Notes: a model not told the origin generated them from the sequence alone. Numbered from the stretch's first letter, positions 27,354 to 37,620 are shown. The stretch is DNA of 64,000 nucleotides from Oligoflexales bacterium (GCA_965215515.1 OZ244057.1:896001-960000); one strand, 5' to 3'. Made by a program: numbers and translations.

Positions 27354-28637
27354 ATGCCCTCTGCAATCGAACTGGTCGCGCCCGCGGGCAGCATGGACAA
27401 ACTCAAGGTTGCCCTGCGCTATGGTGCAGATGCCGTCTATCTCGGCGGACGCAGTTTCAACTTGCGTGCCCGCTCCAGCAATTTTTCGCTCGCCCAGTTG
27501 GAGGAGGCGGCCGCTTATGTGCACGCGCACGGCAAACGTATCTTCGTCGCCCTGAACATCATCGCGCACCAACGGGAACTGCGAGCACTGCCTGCCTTCA
27601 TTCAGCACCTCGACCGTCTCGCGGTGGACGGAGTGATCGTCTCCGATCTCGGCGTGTTGGAGCTGGTGCGAGAGAACTCCTCCCTCGCAGTGCACGTGAG
27701 TACACAGGCAAGCGTTACCAACTGGCGCAGTGCCCGTATGTGGCAGCGTCTCGGCGCAAAACGCTGCGTATTGGCACGGGAGCTGAGCCTGAAGGAAATC
27801 CGCACCATCAAAGACAAGTTACCTGAAATGGAGTTGGAAGTGTTCGTGCACGGGGCGATGTGCATGACCTACTCGGGTCGCTGTAACCTCAGCAGCTACT
27901 TCGCCGATCGCGACGGTAACCGTGGTGCGTGCTCCAACACCTGCCGTTGGCAGTACCACCTCGTCGAAGAAAAACGCCCTGGCGAATACTTCCCCGTCTA
28001 CGAAGACGAGAGTGGTTCTTACCTCTACAACTCCAAAGACCTCTGCACGATCGAGTTTCTCGACAAGATTATCGCCGCGGGCGTGACCGCACTGAAAATC
28101 GAAGGACGCATGAAGAGCTTACTCTATTGCGGAATCACCACCCGCACCTACCGCGCCGCCCGCGACCGCTGCCTGCAAGCTGCACCCTACCAGGTCGATC
28201 CTACCTGGCTGACACAACTACGTTCGCTCAGCCATCGTGGCTACACGGGAGGGTTTTTCCACGGCAAACTCGACCGCGATTTCCAAAACCGTATGGGAGG
28301 CTACACCGCCACTCACAAATACGTCGGCCATGTCGAGACCTGCAGCGCCGACAACTGGCTACACCTCACCGTGCACGAAAAAATCGTGTGCGGCGATCAG
28401 CTGGAGATCATTCCGCCGCACGGGGACAGCACTACCTTCACCATCACCGCCATGCAGAACGCGGAGAACAACACCCCCCTCGCCGTCGCACAACCCAACA
28501 CGACCGTCAAGCTGTCCGCTCCCCGCGCCTATCAGCCCCTCGACCTAGTGCGGAAAAGCATCAACGCCCATCCTGCTGTATCAAACACGCCGCTACCTCA
28601 TCCAAGCAGTGTGCTAAAGCAAAATCTTTCTCCGTGA
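27354..28637 (+). CDS. U32 family peptidase (TrhP/YegQ-like tRNA hydroxylation protein)
   Basis: ELVAPAG, GADAVYLG, HVSTQA, LARELS, FVHGAMCMTYSGRC, CSNTCRW, LKIEGRMK. Confidence 0.92.
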   Translation: MPSAIELVAPAGSMDKLKVALRYGADAVYLGGRSFNLRARSSNFSLAQLEEAAAYVHAHGKRIFVALNIIAHQRELRALPAFIQHLDRLAVDGVIVSDLGVLELVRENSSLAVHVSTQASVTNWRSARMWQRLGAKRCVLARELSLKEIRTIKDKLPEMELEVFVHGAMCMTYSGRCNLSSYFADRDGNRGACSNTCRWQYHLVEEKRPGEYFPVYEDESGSYLYNSKDLCTIEFLDKIIAAGVTALKIEGRMKSLLYCGITTRTYRAARDRCLQAAPYQVDPTWLTQLRSLSHRGYTGGFFHGKLDRDFQNRMGGYTATHKYVGHVETCSADNWLHLTVHEKIVCGDQLEIIPPHGDSTTFTITAMQNAENNTPLAVAQPNTTVKLSAPRAYQPLDLVRKSINAHPAVSNTPLPHPSSVLKQNLSP

Positions 28638-28863
28638 TCCCCCCCGCCTCGTGCGTTGCCAGCGTCACCGCGACACGGTTGTAGCAATTGCTCCAGTCAG
28701 GGTGGTGATCATGCCGCTCGGCATGCAGCGCCGCAGCAGTCATGAACGCAAAAGCACGCTGAAAATCCCGAAACTCAAAAGCTTTCTTCAGACAATCACC
28801 CTCCTGCCGCCATCCTTCGAACTCCTCCAACCGCACCACAACATCGTCCTGGGATAACTTCAT
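28561..28863 (-). CDS. phhB: Pterin-4a-carbinolamine dehydratase
   Basis: FEFRDFQRAFAFM...DHHPDWSNCYNRV...THEAGGITEKDF. Confidence 0.92.
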   Translation of the reverse strand: MKLSQDDVVVRLEEFEGWRQEGDCLKKAFEFRDFQRAFAFMTAAALHAERHDHHPDWSNCYNRVAVTLATHEAGGITEKDFALAHCLDEVAACLIQQDGR

Positions 28864-28942
28864 CGCTTTCTCCTAAAAAGCCTACCATAGCACGGCAGAT
28901 GGGCACAGGCTTGAGTTAATTAAAAAAATGTTTCTCGCACCG

Positions 28943-31669
28943 CTAAGGTAAGCTCTCCTCGATAGCTCGTTGGCCTCCGCCGCCGAAAAGCTTGTCCAGC
29001 TGTCCCGCAGAAAGCACCATAAACCACAATCCGTCCGCACCGAGTTTGATGTTTTCCGCTGGTACGATACCAGCATCCATGAACTTAATTGCACCATCAT
29101 CCAGTTTGGCCGCCACCTGGCCATCTTTCCTGAGCTTGTAATTAAATTTCATGCCCTTTTGTTTAAAGTTTTTAGAATATCCAGCAGCCGTATCAAGTAA
29201 CTCCGAATGTTTCCAAGCTTCAATATTTTTAATTTTTACTCTCTTTACGCTGTCTTTTAATCCATCGATATTCTTTCTGAAAGATTCTTCGATACCGCTT
29301 AGTTTACCCGTAAGCTGCCCCGCTTGAACATTGCGCAGTCCCTTGGCCCTTCCACTCGCTTCTTTCCATCCCCTAGCGATGACCTCCCTAGCCTTAGCCA
29401 CGATGCCTGGTTTTTTGCGCCGTATTGCGTTGTACAATCTGTCCGTATTATCCAATTTCGCCCGCGTTGCGGCCATCTCTTTTTCATTTCCACCCTTGAT
29501 GGCTTCTTTCCACTTTTCTTTGCGTTGTGCACGAATATCCTTAATTTTTGTCATCCTTTCCCTCCACGCTCCCATATTCTGCTTTCTCGCAGCTTGCCAA
29601 ATTCTGGCCTTTTCAGCGCTATTCTTGAGGCTAGCCTTGATATTCGATGCTGTGTAGGCAGAGCGTGCCACACGGGGAGAGGTGATGATGCTACGCGCGG
29701 GACCTACCCCTACCGTGGCGAAGATACCTTCCCAAATAGCACTGCGTTTTGCATCTTTCCACTCCTGCATCGTGTTGGCAAGCTCACCAACAGCCTCCCG
29801 TCCGCCGCTGTAGATCGATTTTTCCAGCATGGCATAGTCGCTCTTCTCATGCAAATAGTCGCTGACATAGCCTATCGCAGAAAAAGCACCTATGGCCAAT
29901 GAGGCAAGCATCAGTGCCGAAGCCAACACCGACGTTGCCGCCCCCGCGGGGGGAAATAACCACAACACCGCCGCGGCAACCCCCAACGCCCCACTAGCAC
30001 CGACAAGGATGCTAAGTGCTCCTTGCCAGAAGGCATCGGCTTTTTTCCTATCAAAAACGTCATCGTGTGCGGTGACAAGCGCAGCTGCCAGTTCATCTGC
30101 CTTGTCTGGATGTTCGGTAACAATCGGTGCCGCGGTATAAAAGTAGTTGCGCAGTAACTCAGCGCGAAAATTATCTGCTCGGTAATTTTTTTGAATATCC
30201 TCCATGCCCTTGATGACAGATTCCTTGAGATCCTTCACCCCCGCAGGGATAAGCTTGATGTAGTTTTCGTTAAATTTATCCAACTTGATCGCATAGCCAG
30301 GACAAACCTTATGGAGACCAGTCTCTTCCATAATTTTGCGTGTGGTCAGTAAAACAAAAATATCAGCATCCTTAAAAAGGTCAGCAGCACCCCCTAAAAG
30401 GTCAGCACCCTCTTCATCACCCTCTCCACAAGAGGTAGTTAGCCTGCGGTAAAATTCACTTAGACTATCTTCACAGGCAAACCCTTCTGCTTTCCGTTTA
30501 GATAGAAATGTATTCATGCAGGTAAGATGTGCACTAAGAGGACCGTGGACTGTGGAGATCCGGTGGTACACATTTATCGGAACATCTTGTTCTGCTAAGG
30601 CATTTTTCGCATCGTTAAACCTATCGGTAATTTCTCTAATGTGATCTTGCACCTCAGACGGAAGTTCACTCACCAGATTACTGTATCGTGTTTGCATGTC
30701 ATTACTGGCGAAATGTCCATCTGAAGCGAACGTATGCTGGTATTGTAGAAACTTAACCGCGGCGTTGCCCATCGCCTCTTTCAGCAACAGAAGATCGATG
30801 CCCGCCTCCCCAGTGCTCTCCTCAGGCGTGACGCGGTTGTTGACGCTAGGATCGAGGAAGACACCTAAAACGGCAGGAATAACGACGTGCTTGTCCCTGT
30901 CTGCATGGTCAGCATCCATGGTCTGCGCTTTCATCGTAGCCAAATCTTTATTTTTTTTCAGCCCCCCATACATCGCATCGTAGCCTTTGAGCATCTTAAG
31001 TCTGATGAGAAAATCATCGATGTAACTATTTATTTTTTCATCGTTTGTTTTATGCAGCACACCATTTTCGCCCTTTGCCATCTCCTCTTGATAAAATTCT
31101 TCTGCTTTTCCCAGTACTTCCCTATATTCCTGCTCATCAGGCCAGGAATGTTGGTTATCCTTGGACAGATTAGCGATGCTCTGTGCGATGGCACTCACCT
31201 TTACCCTCAGATTGTCCGCACAAGCCAAGTCGGTGGCGGAAAAGATAACCCCCTCCTCTGCATCATGGGTAAGCTCGTTGGTGACGATAGGCTTGGCAGG
31301 GTTAGGGCAGACAGGTTTGCCCTGGCTGTCGATGAGGTTTAATTTAATCATGTCGATCAAGATCCCATCATCGGCGAGCGTCGCACTATTGTTGGTATCT
31401 GGCGCGGTGAACTCAAGCGCCTCGCCATTGGCAAGAAATTGTAAGTCAACACCTGCTACTTGGCTATGCTGAGTGAGGTGTGACGAGAGCGCCAGCACAA
31501 TCTCGCCCTCATCCCCCGAGAAGGAAGAAGCATGTATCTCCAAATCAAGCAGCGCCCACGGGGTCTCGCTGAGTCCCCCTGCGCGCAACGCATCGTAATC
31601 GACATCCGTGTATCTACAGCTGCATACAAGCAAAAAAGCAAACGGTACTAGCCTTCCACAACTGGACAC
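28943..31669 (-). CDS. Large putative lipoprotein with hydrophobic hairpin and Lys-rich C-terminus
   Basis: About 908-aa ORF; GTG after GGAGG; lipobox-like LLVCSC; Ala/Gly-rich hydrophobic hairpin; lower GC than flanks. Confidence 0.7.
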   Translation of the reverse strand: MSSCGRLVPFAFLLVCSCRYTDVDYDALRAGGLSETPWALLDLEIHASSFSGDEGEIVLALSSHLTQHSQVAGVDLQFLANGEALEFTAPDTNNSATLADDGILIDMIKLNLIDSQGKPVCPNPAKPIVTNELTHDAEEGVIFSATDLACADNLRVKVSAIAQSIANLSKDNQHSWPDEQEYREVLGKAEEFYQEEMAKGENGVLHKTNDEKINSYIDDFLIRLKMLKGYDAMYGGLKKNKDLATMKAQTMDADHADRDKHVVIPAVLGVFLDPSVNNRVTPEESTGEAGIDLLLLKEAMGNAAVKFLQYQHTFASDGHFASNDMQTRYSNLVSELPSEVQDHIREITDRFNDAKNALAEQDVPINVYHRISTVHGPLSAHLTCMNTFLSKRKAEGFACEDSLSEFYRRLTTSCGEGDEEGADLLGGAADLFKDADIFVLLTTRKIMEETGLHKVCPGYAIKLDKFNENYIKLIPAGVKDLKESVIKGMEDIQKNYRADNFRAELLRNYFYTAAPIVTEHPDKADELAAALVTAHDDVFDRKKADAFWQGALSILVGASGALGVAAAVLWLFPPAGAATSVLASALMLASLAIGAFSAIGYVSDYLHEKSDYAMLEKSIYSGGREAVGELANTMQEWKDAKRSAIWEGIFATVGVGPARSIITSPRVARSAYTASNIKASLKNSAEKARIWQAARKQNMGAWRERMTKIKDIRAQRKEKWKEAIKGGNEKEMAATRAKLDNTDRLYNAIRRKKPGIVAKAREVIARGWKEASGRAKGLRNVQAGQLTGKLSGIEESFRKNIDGLKDSVKRVKIKNIEAWKHSELLDTAAGYSKNFKQKGMKFNYKLRKDGQVAAKLDDGAIKFMDAGIVPAENIKLGADGLWFMVLSAGQLDKLFGGGGQRAIEESLP

Positions 31670-31830
31670 CACTCCTCCCCTCTCAAAAAGAACGCAGCGA
31701 CGCGATCGGATAGCCAAAACTTTTTCTTTAGTCCTCGGTTAACAGCCGTTCACTTAAACTTGCCACCCAAGAGTTTGCTACGGAGGGGAGGCTTGACAAC
31801 GCCCCCGCAGAAAGGGTACTGGGGTTTGGC

Positions 31831-33255
31831 ATGTGGCGGTTATTGGTACTGGTACTGTACGGGCAGGCGTGGTCGGCAGGTGCGGAGCCGTGGCTGGCGA
31901 TCAGATTTGCCCAGAACTGCGCGGGCTGCCACGCCCCAGGGCGGATTAACTTGCCCCCTAAAGACCGTCGTTGCACTCTGTCGTGTCAAGGATGCCATAT
32001 CAACCCCAGCGGCGGCGGGTTACGCAGTTTCTACGGTAAATGGAACGAAGATCGTTGGCTGCGTTCTTTCGTGGTGGAAGCCCTACGCCCCGCCTCTTCG
32101 TTCGCCCCCACTAACCAACAACTCTATCATTCGGTCCTGTCACCGACAGAGAGCAATAAGAAGATGATTCGTCAGCAAGGACACCCCTTAGTCGTTGCCC
32201 CGCGACAGCTGTTGGTAGACGAAGAACCCTATGCCCGCGACGGGCTGGAGTTTAAAACAGCGCAGAGTGATTTTCAGTTTTTGCAACAAATTCCACAACA
32301 AGACCCCTACCGCCTGCACGATGCCAGCAAGGTGGATGGTGGTGCGGAGCTGCGCTACCAGTATTTGAACAAACTGAACAAGTCAGACGCTAAAACACTG
32401 TCGTTCATGATGTCGGGCGATATCGGCCTGCGTTGGCGACCACGACATCGTAATCTACACCTCGTTTACGAGGGGCGCATGTTGGGCAATCCCCACGTGG
32501 ACGAGCTCAGCCAACACATAGAGAAAGCTTGGACACGCAGTCTCTACGTGCTGATCGATAACCTGCCGTTCAATGTTTACGTCATGTATGGGCTATATCG
32601 TCCGCTGTTCGGCGGCAACCCTATGCCCGATCACCGTGCTTTGCCGCAACGCCTGACTGCCGAAGCTTTGCAGGGTGGTAGTGCCTACACTTTGCAATAT
32701 CAAGCCTTAAGCATCGGCACCGCCCCCAACGTGCCGTATGCCAACCTGCACGTTATCACAGGACGCAACTTACGCTTCACCCCCGACGAGGACGATACTA
32801 CCCGCGGGGTAGCGGCTAATGTCGGTCTACGTTTCGTGACACTCGGCATCAATACCACCTATTCCTTCTGGTTCACCCGCGATAAGCACAACACCCAGCG
32901 CTCGTTGCTGCACTCCGCCTCCCTCGGCATGCAGCTGTGGCGCATAACAGCAATCTTGGAAGCACTACAACTGCACCGCAAAAACCCCGCCAGCAAAGAT
33001 ACGGGCAGCGTAATCAGCTTCGATGCCCACACCCAGCTCTGGCGACAGTTCTACCTGACAACGCAATACTCGTGGGCAAATGTTGCTCCCGATCTCACCG
33101 CTGGCCAAGCGCAACAATATCGTGTCGGCCTACGTGCTTTCCTCCTCGCTGGTATCGATGTCAGTCTTAACTACGAATACGATCGTTACCGACCCAAAGG
33201 GGAAAGAACCGACCATACCCACTCCCTCTCCTCACAAATACATCTATACCTTTAA
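31831..33255 (+). CDS. Secreted di-heme cytochrome c fused to a putative outer-membrane beta-barrel
   Basis: Signal peptide; CAGCH and CQGCH near the N-terminus; amphipathic beta-strands ending SQIHLYL. Confidence 0.7.
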   Translation: MWRLLVLVLYGQAWSAGAEPWLAIRFAQNCAGCHAPGRINLPPKDRRCTLSCQGCHINPSGGGLRSFYGKWNEDRWLRSFVVEALRPASSFAPTNQQLYHSVLSPTESNKKMIRQQGHPLVVAPRQLLVDEEPYARDGLEFKTAQSDFQFLQQIPQQDPYRLHDASKVDGGAELRYQYLNKLNKSDAKTLSFMMSGDIGLRWRPRHRNLHLVYEGRMLGNPHVDELSQHIEKAWTRSLYVLIDNLPFNVYVMYGLYRPLFGGNPMPDHRALPQRLTAEALQGGSAYTLQYQALSIGTAPNVPYANLHVITGRNLRFTPDEDDTTRGVAANVGLRFVTLGINTTYSFWFTRDKHNTQRSLLHSASLGMQLWRITAILEALQLHRKNPASKDTGSVISFDAHTQLWRQFYLTTQYSWANVAPDLTAGQAQQYRVGLRAFLLAGIDVSLNYEYDRYRPKGERTDHTHSLSSQIHLYL

Positions 33256-33434
33256 GCTGAAAGGCGACACCAGCCACCTGCACACCGCAACTGCGCGGCA
33301 GTGCTACGCACACAACCACCCGCCGCCAGCGCACCCTCCCCGCAAACCTGTCCCGATGCTCTTCTGCTCGCGGTGGTAGCAAGGCGACGCGTAGGATGTC
33401 AAGTATAGTTTTGACTCGTACGAATAGCCGCCAA

Positions 33435-33794
33435 TCAGCCAGCAGCCACACCTGCGACGGCCTGTGCCTTGTTGGGGAAAATCTTAAGAATTCTCGTGAA
33501 ACCAGAAATTTCAAAGACATGCGCGACGTTGCTCTGCAATGCGAAGAAACCCAGCTTCTTGTCCTTGCTGGGAGCCTGCTTGGCAAACTGCAACACCGCC
33601 CGTAAACCCGCACTGCTGATAAAATCCAAGCCCGAACAATCGAACAGGATGCTCTTCTCCTCGCGCGACAACAGATCCTCCAGCTGTGATTGAAAATCGA
33701 CACTCTCGGCATAACTAACCCGCCCGCTGAGGTGCACAAACAGACAATCACCCCCACTGGAGACTTTCACGGAAAGCCCGCTCTCTTGGTTCAT
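33435..33794 (-). CDS. STAS-domain anti-sigma factor antagonist
   Basis: FDCSGLDFISSAGLRAVL...VFEISGF; ATG 33794. Confidence 0.88.
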   Translation of the reverse strand: MNQESGLSVKVSSGGDCLFVHLSGRVSYAESVDFQSQLEDLLSREEKSILFDCSGLDFISSAGLRAVLQFAKQAPSKDKKLGFFALQSNVAHVFEISGFTRILKIFPNKAQAVAGVAAG

Positions 33795-33891
33795 CAGGCC
33801 AATCCCCCCTATCGGTTCTCCACCACCCCCCACGCAGGGGACATCGCGGGCAACGTAGCACAAAAAAAGACAAGCAGAAACAAAAAAGTAT

Positions 33892-35454
33892 TCAGCTACT
33901 CCGCTTCTCTAATCCGTACTTCTCTACCTTCATGATCAGACCAGCGCGACTGATACCGAGCTCGCGGGCAAGACGGGACTTATTCCAACGCGTGCGTTCC
34001 AGCCCGTCTCCGATCATCTGTCGCTCCAGTTCTTCCAACGCGTCCTTGAGCTTGCCATGTACACGATAGCCGCTGAATTTATCAGGTAGTACCTCCTTGA
34101 TGCGCGGGGAGAGGAAGGTCGCCATGATTTCTTTATCCCGTCCCGACAATACGCATAGACGCTCAATTTCATTTTCCAGTTCCCGCACGTTACCAGGCCA
34201 ATCGTGGTTGAGTAGCTTTTCCATGCAATCCTTGTCCACAACCTTGACCTCCCCCTTAGGTTTGGTCTTGCGAGCATTATGCTGGAGAAAATGATCGATC
34301 AACAGCGGGATATCCTCCCGCCGTTCGCGCAAGGCAGGCACGGTGACGTTGATGACGTTGAGACGATAATAGAGATCCTCTCGAAATTCATCTTTGCGCA
34401 CCATCGCCGCTAAGTCCTTGTTGGTCGCGGCGAGAATTCTGACATTGCTGTGCTTCTGCTGTGTGCTGCCGACAGGCGTGTATGTGCCCTCCTGCAACAC
34501 CCGCAGCATCTTGACCTGCATGGCCGTAGAGGTGTCGCCGATTTCATCGAGAAACAGCGTGCCGCGATCCGCTTCCTCGAACAACCCTTTACGATCCTTG
34601 ACCGCACCTGTAAACGCACCCTTGATGTGGCCAAACAATTCCGATTCGAGCAGATTCTCGTTGAACGCACCGCAGTTGACCACGACAAAGCTGTTGTCTC
34701 GCCGTGCCGAATTGTAGTGAATAGCACGTGCAATCAGCTCTTTCCCCGTGCCGTTCTCCCCCTGAATCAAAATCGTCGCTTCGGACTCGCATACCCGTTC
34801 CAACACCTGATACAAATCCTGCATCGGAGACGATTTGCCGACCATGCGATCAAAATTGTACCGCTGCTCCAACTCCTTGTGCAAACGCTCCACCTTCTGC
34901 TTCTCCGTCGACAGATCCCGCTGCACCAACAGGATCTCGGCCACCACCAGATTGATCAGTTCCGTCAAATACTGTAGCTCCTTTTTGCTAAGAACGGTCA
35001 GGGAATCAACATATTTCTGATGCTCCGCGGCTGAATCGGGAAAATTCACCCGCAGGTAGGCCGCGATCGCTTCCCGCTGCTCCGCAGCACTGCTCTCATG
35101 CACGAAACCATCCGCAAACACACAGCCCATGTATTTTTTGCCGATCCGAATGGGTACTGACAAGGCCGAAAAACCCGCGTGACAGCGAGAAATCTTGGCG
35201 GTCTCGCTATTTGTCGTCGCTACCGTCGTCTGCTGTGCCGTGCCGCGGCAACCGTGAAAGCCCTTGTTGTCCTGAGTGATAGTCTTGCAGATCATATTGG
35301 TAGGGTTGAAAAATTTTCCCTCGGGCACACCCCTCAGCAAACCCTTGTGATCGGTGAAATTTATCTGAATACTCCACCAGCGGCTGACCAAATCGCGCAG
35401 ACGCTGAATGACGAGAATCTTGTCAAATTCCTCCCACCGCACACTCTTCGACAT
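33892..35454 (-). CDS. Sigma54-dependent transcriptional activator with PocR-like N-terminal sensor
   Basis: GENGTGKE, ESELFGH, GAFTGA, LFLDEIG, WPGNVREL, C-terminal HTH; N-terminal C...C...CHAG pattern. Confidence 0.92.
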   Translation of the reverse strand: MSKSVRWEEFDKILVIQRLRDLVSRWWSIQINFTDHKGLLRGVPEGKFFNPTNMICKTITQDNKGFHGCRGTAQQTTVATTNSETAKISRCHAGFSALSVPIRIGKKYMGCVFADGFVHESSAAEQREAIAAYLRVNFPDSAAEHQKYVDSLTVLSKKELQYLTELINLVVAEILLVQRDLSTEKQKVERLHKELEQRYNFDRMVGKSSPMQDLYQVLERVCESEATILIQGENGTGKELIARAIHYNSARRDNSFVVVNCGAFNENLLESELFGHIKGAFTGAVKDRKGLFEEADRGTLFLDEIGDTSTAMQVKMLRVLQEGTYTPVGSTQQKHSNVRILAATNKDLAAMVRKDEFREDLYYRLNVINVTVPALRERREDIPLLIDHFLQHNARKTKPKGEVKVVDKDCMEKLLNHDWPGNVRELENEIERLCVLSGRDKEIMATFLSPRIKEVLPDKFSGYRVHGKLKDALEELERQMIGDGLERTRWNKSRLARELGISRAGLIMKVEKYGLEKRSS

Positions 35455-35522
35455 GGACTTCTCTCCACCCACAAGCGATAATCTAAGCACCCAGCTCTAC
35501 CTTCGGCAGAAGTCGCGATTTT

Positions 35523-36863
35523 ATGATGCTCCTTTTGTTGCCGATCCTGCTGTTCGGCACAGATACCTCGGCTACCCCCGCAGCGCCGCGCTGGCTGGCT
35601 TTTGGCGATCTGCGCGGTCACGTCGAGTCGTGCGGCTGCGATCCCCGCACCGACCTCGGCGGTCTGAACCGCCTGCACTATTTTTTGCAACTTGAAAAAA
35701 AAGTAAATAAACCCTTTCTTCTCTTCAATCTCGGCAACAACCTCAATACCCCTCCTCATCCTCTCAAAGATCGCACCATCGTACAATTCATCGCTCAGCT
35801 CCGCCCGACCGCCGCCCTGCTCAACAGACGCGAGCTCGCCCGTCTCGACCTTCTCGCCCAGCAGAAACCCCTCGCCCCCTGGCTGCTCAGCAACCACAGG
35901 GCGAACAAACACTGGTGGCACAAGGTTATCATCACCCCCACCGCGGTGCTACTCGGCTACACCTACCACCCCGCGTTGACACGGCAGGTGCGACGTTTCG
36001 ATCGGAAAATGGCAGACACCTGGCGAAAAATTATCCACCGACAACGCGGGAAACACAGCTACCTGCTGTTCGCAGGGACACCGCAAGACTTGCAGGTCAT
36101 CGTGCGGGCGGTGAACTTCAACACAGTTATCGCTTCCAATACCAGTGCTGACGATGCACCGATCACGCATCAAGAAAAACTACATCCGCAACGTCTCGTG
36201 CTCAACGCGGGCACACGCCAGATACACATGACACCCCTAGCGGGGCAAGGGGTGTTGCGGGGCGGAGAGATGTTGAGCAACGCGGTCACTGCAGATTTCA
36301 GCAAAATTTTTGGCAGAGCTAAGAAAAAATTTTTTGACCCCGACCGCAACCCGCCGCTGGCAAAAATGTTCCGTGCGACACGGGTTTCGTGGCTCGATCG
36401 TGCCTACGCCGATGAGAGTGCGGCATTCTGGCAGGCCTACCAGCGGGCGGTGCAAAAAGACTTTGCCGCGCAGGAGCAAAAGGGTCGCAAACTGCTAGCC
36501 AAAAGCAATTTTATCGGGGCGGCCGCGTGCAGGGGCTGTCATCAACAACAGTATCAGGTGTGGAAAAATTCCGCCCATGCACACGCACTGCAGACCTTGC
36601 AAAACAAAAACAAAGCACAAGACGGCGAGTGCGTAGCCTGCCACAGCGTGGGTTTCGGTGCGGGTGGGTACGTATCGCTGCGTCTCAGCCCCCATCTCGC
36701 GGGAGTGCAGTGCGAGAACTGTCACGGTGCGCGCCAGGCACATATCCTCGACCCGTCACACCCGACCAAAACGAAGACCAGCTTCACCTGCCGCAAATGC
36801 CATCACCCGCCCCACACAGCTGAGTTCAACCAAGACACCTATTGGCAGAAAATAAAGCACTAG
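35523..36863 (+). CDS. Tetraheme cytochrome c (c554-like) with UshA/metallophosphoesterase-like N-terminus
   Basis: Signal peptide; GDLRGHVESCGC...LGGLNR; CRGCH, CVACH, CENCH, CRKCH. Confidence 0.82.
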   Translation: MMLLLLPILLFGTDTSATPAAPRWLAFGDLRGHVESCGCDPRTDLGGLNRLHYFLQLEKKVNKPFLLFNLGNNLNTPPHPLKDRTIVQFIAQLRPTAALLNRRELARLDLLAQQKPLAPWLLSNHRANKHWWHKVIITPTAVLLGYTYHPALTRQVRRFDRKMADTWRKIIHRQRGKHSYLLFAGTPQDLQVIVRAVNFNTVIASNTSADDAPITHQEKLHPQRLVLNAGTRQIHMTPLAGQGVLRGGEMLSNAVTADFSKIFGRAKKKFFDPDRNPPLAKMFRATRVSWLDRAYADESAAFWQAYQRAVQKDFAAQEQKGRKLLAKSNFIGAAACRGCHQQQYQVWKNSAHAHALQTLQNKNKAQDGECVACHSVGFGAGGYVSLRLSPHLAGVQCENCHGARQAHILDPSHPTKTKTSFTCRKCHHPPHTAEFNQDTYWQKIKH

Positions 36864-36954
36864 ATTCGCAACCTCACCCCCGACACGTTTTTGAAAGCAG
36901 TCACGCATATCTTCTGAAGAACAGAGAACGACGCAGGCGTGGCCGAGCACTGCT

Positions 36955-37620
36955 TCAAGCGGGATTGAGCAGTCCGTTCACCTTTTCCTGCCAAGGGCGA
37001 AGGTAGTAGCCGCGCAGAAAGGTACGTAGGCCGCGGTTGCGGATATGCACGGAGGTGGCACGGCGTAAGAAGCGATAAAAAAAAGTTGCGGCGTGATCGT
37101 TAGCCTGGGCGTAGACAGCATCGGCAAGCGGATGAGGCTCGTCGCAAATTTTTTGCAGCAGCGGAGGCAGGTGGCAGCTGCCCGTCTGACGATAGAGCAG
37201 ATCGGCACAGATAAGAATCTTGTCAATTTCCCCCTGTAACTCAAGCTCAAGACGAGGTAAGGCGATGCCGCGGGCGGTTTTATTGAGGAGCAGATGAAAG
37301 TGGCTGATTTCTTCGATCAACACACAGAAGCTGTGGAGGTTAGCATTGCTCAAGCACTGCCACGGATCATGGATGGTTAAATTACGCACCACCTGTGCAT
37401 CGAAATATACCGCGATGAACACATCTTTGCCCCACCTGTCATCGAGCCACACCGCCCCCGCCGCCCGCCATTCGGGATAATGCTCCGCCCCCGCAAGCGC
37501 GGCACGCAGTTGCTCGCGAGTAACGAGATAGTCACCGACCGTGGCAAGGCGGCGAAAACCATAGTAAGACGCAATACGCCGCTCAACATGCGCAATGTTT
37601 TGTAGCAGCAAGGGGTTCAT
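36955..37620 (-). CDS. Conserved hypothetical protein
   Basis: EEISHF...ELELQGEIDK motif; 4-nt overlap with the upstream gene. Confidence 0.7.
   Translation of the reverse strand: MNPLLLQNIAHVERRIASYYGFRRLATVGDYLVTREQLRAALAGAEHYPEWRAAGAVWLDDRWGKDVFIAVYFDAQVVRNLTIHDPWQCLSNANLHSFCVLIEEISHFHLLLNKTARGIALPRLELELQGEIDKILICADLLYRQTGSCHLPPLLQKICDEPHPLADAVYAQANDHAATFFYRFLRRATSVHIRNRGLRTFLRGYYLRPWQEKVNGLLNPA

Noticed and set aside
28561..28637. 77-nt convergent overlap of the U32 gene and phhB
   Set aside because: Both overlapping tails lie outside the conserved domains; likely stop-codon drift.
33397..33414. Palindrome GTCAA-N8-TTGAC
   Set aside because: Lies between convergent gene ends with no promoter to control; only 5-bp arms.
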